A stretch of DNA of 64,000 bases from an uncultured Lachnospiraceae bacterium (lineage in GTDB: Bacteria > Bacillota > Clostridia > Lachnospirales > Lachnospiraceae): positions 174 to 64,173 of the forward strand of contig CASCWU010000004.1 in NCBI GenBank assembly GCA_949155905.1, in the 5' to 3' direction. The notes under the pieces were generated by a model, which was given only the letters and a program-made list of their open reading frames with translations, was not told the origin of the DNA and made no database searches. The position numbers and the translations under genes are program-made. Position 1 is the stretch's first letter. Every line of letters starts with the position of its first letter. Below are positions 62,846-64,000 of this stretch, one piece after another.

Positions 62846-62896
62846 CTTAGCTAGCCTAGCTAAGTGTATTATATACAATTCTCAGAGGAATATCAA
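62846..62896 (-). promoter_or_regulatory. Promoter plus perfect 19-bp palindromic operator of the second TA operon
   Basis: On the minus strand: TTGATA(62896..62891)-N17-TATAAT(62873..62868), then CTTAGCTAG-g-CTAGCTAAG at 62864..62846. Confidence 0.65.
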
Positions 62897-63246
62897 GCCT
62901 CTTCTAAATTATTTACAGAAAATCCAGCTTTTCTTCCCATGTAGCTTTTCTTCGACTATCTCCGAGACTCCTGTCTTTTCTCTCAGATATTATGAAAAGA
63001 CTGTCAATTTTTAAAAATATAGTCCCTGTCACCGTACCACAGTTGCACATTTCCTCAATAAAGGGAAGGGGCATGACAGCAAACTAAAGAACATACTGAA
63101 AAGCACCATCATCTGGTTCATCTATCAGTATGGAGTAAAGAACGTCCTTTTTGAAGATGTTTTGGCTTTGGTGACATAAATTTATTGTGCAATTTTTTTA
63201 ATTTACTCATTTATAGTTCTTACTTGAGAGTGAAAAGTTTATAGCA

Positions 63247-64000
63247 CTAAGAAGCCAGGAAATCTTTATAGATTTCTGACTTATCTTGCTTTTCCTGAAT
63301 GATTTGTGTTATGCGTAATTCCGGGCTTTTCCCTAAAAGACGGAAAAAATGGTTCCGTAAATAGTGCATCACAGAAGCTTCGGATATTCTTCCCCTGGCG
63401 GGTGTCCTCTGGTAACGGAGCTGCTTCAGAGGAACCTCCTCCGAGCAACCAAGGGAAATTCCCTGGAGAATCCCCATCGCCACACAGGAGACGACCAGGT
63501 GCAATTCCGTTGCATGAATAGCCTCCAGCACTTTTTGACGGGCTTTCTTCTCTTTTACATACTCCAGCGGGGAAGGGGATCCAGTTCCAGGCTGATACTA
63601 ACTAAGATGCTTTGGATTCCCTTCCACTCTACCAATACAAAACGGAGTTCTTGGTAAAGCTGCTGGTGCCAGAGAAGATCCACACAATAATAACGAACTA
63701 TTTCTTTCCGTACAATTCCACCCTGGCTTCCTGGAACTATTCTTTCCGGGAGAAAAACAGTTCTTTCAGGTGGATGGTTGCCCCCTTTTTTCGGTGACGT
63801 CCCCCATAGGCACTAACTTAACAAGATTTGAATAAGCTGCTGTCGGATTTTTCTTCGTTTTTCTATAAATGACACCAGCTTGGTCTCTCTCCATATGCTC
63901 CGATTCTCTTCTGAGGTTCCAAGAGGGGGAAAAATCAATATCGCCAAGATTTTTTTCTGTAAGAAGGGACAAAAGGATTTTTCCGTTGATCCACACTTCT
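63247..64000 (-). pseudogene. Degraded gene running off the window edge (possibly an IS transposase remnant; family not recognised)
   Basis: Minus-strand ORF fragments at 63766..63996 and 63247..63531 lie in different frames, with readable coding-like sequence between them in a third frame. I cannot point to a DDE motif. Confidence 0.25.

Noticed and set aside
1-64000. Scan for rRNA, tRNA, riboswitch or T-box leaders in intergenic regions (e.g. 8583..9047, 23805..24265, 39721..39900)
   Set aside because: I could not recognise cloverleaf-type or conserved riboswitch core sequences by eye. Covariance-model scans (tRNAscan-SE, Infernal/Rfam) would be needed to exclude them.

Overview
The window looks like a Firmicutes/Clostridia (Lachnospiraceae-like) chromosome segment; this is inferred from gene content and SD-type RBSs, not verified. 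It is roughly mid-GC with a few visibly AT-rich islets. I support about 58 protein-coding genes or gene remnants. I saw no rRNA, tRNA or CRISPR array. Housekeeping and metabolic content: a GH-like glycosidase, a GNAT-ribokinase fusion, an AlaA-type aminotransferase, pyroglutamyl peptidase, topoisomerase III, Mn-catalase, a five-gene Opp/Dpp-type ABC transporter, and a LysR / two aldo-keto reductases / IlvD-Edd dehydratase cluster. There is also an AraC-gmd-fcl-manC GDP-fucose cassette. Accessory content: two sigma-70 region-4 HTH genes of a type I associate with conjugative elements at the left edge, an AT-rich GNAT-DUF402 gene next to an Rpn-like PD-(D/E)XK gene, and two PIN/Phd toxin-antitoxin modules. 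Further accessory genes are a DUF1016 nuclease, three paralogues (one dead) of AAA-ATPase-like/PDDEXK_9 proteins, and a Schlafen/AlbA_2 protein. Several genes are decayed. The most unusual item is a ~1500-aa Ser/Thr-kinase + NB-ARC (STAND) + TPR protein at 42947..47452 (-), with a small HTH gene just downstream; I treat it as a candidate conflict/defence or signalling system. Other points worth a second look are listed here. (1) An XRE-HTH fused in frame to alaA, with an internal perfect SD and six 17-18 bp tandem repeats in its promoter region. (2) A toxin-antitoxin cassette bracketed by 54-bp direct repeats that duplicate the 3' end of the dehydratase gene. (3) A GDP-fucose cassette bracketed by 41-bp direct repeats. 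(4) Several intergenic 33-36 bp tandem repeat arrays. All functional calls rest on motifs I can read in the translations. No database search was run.
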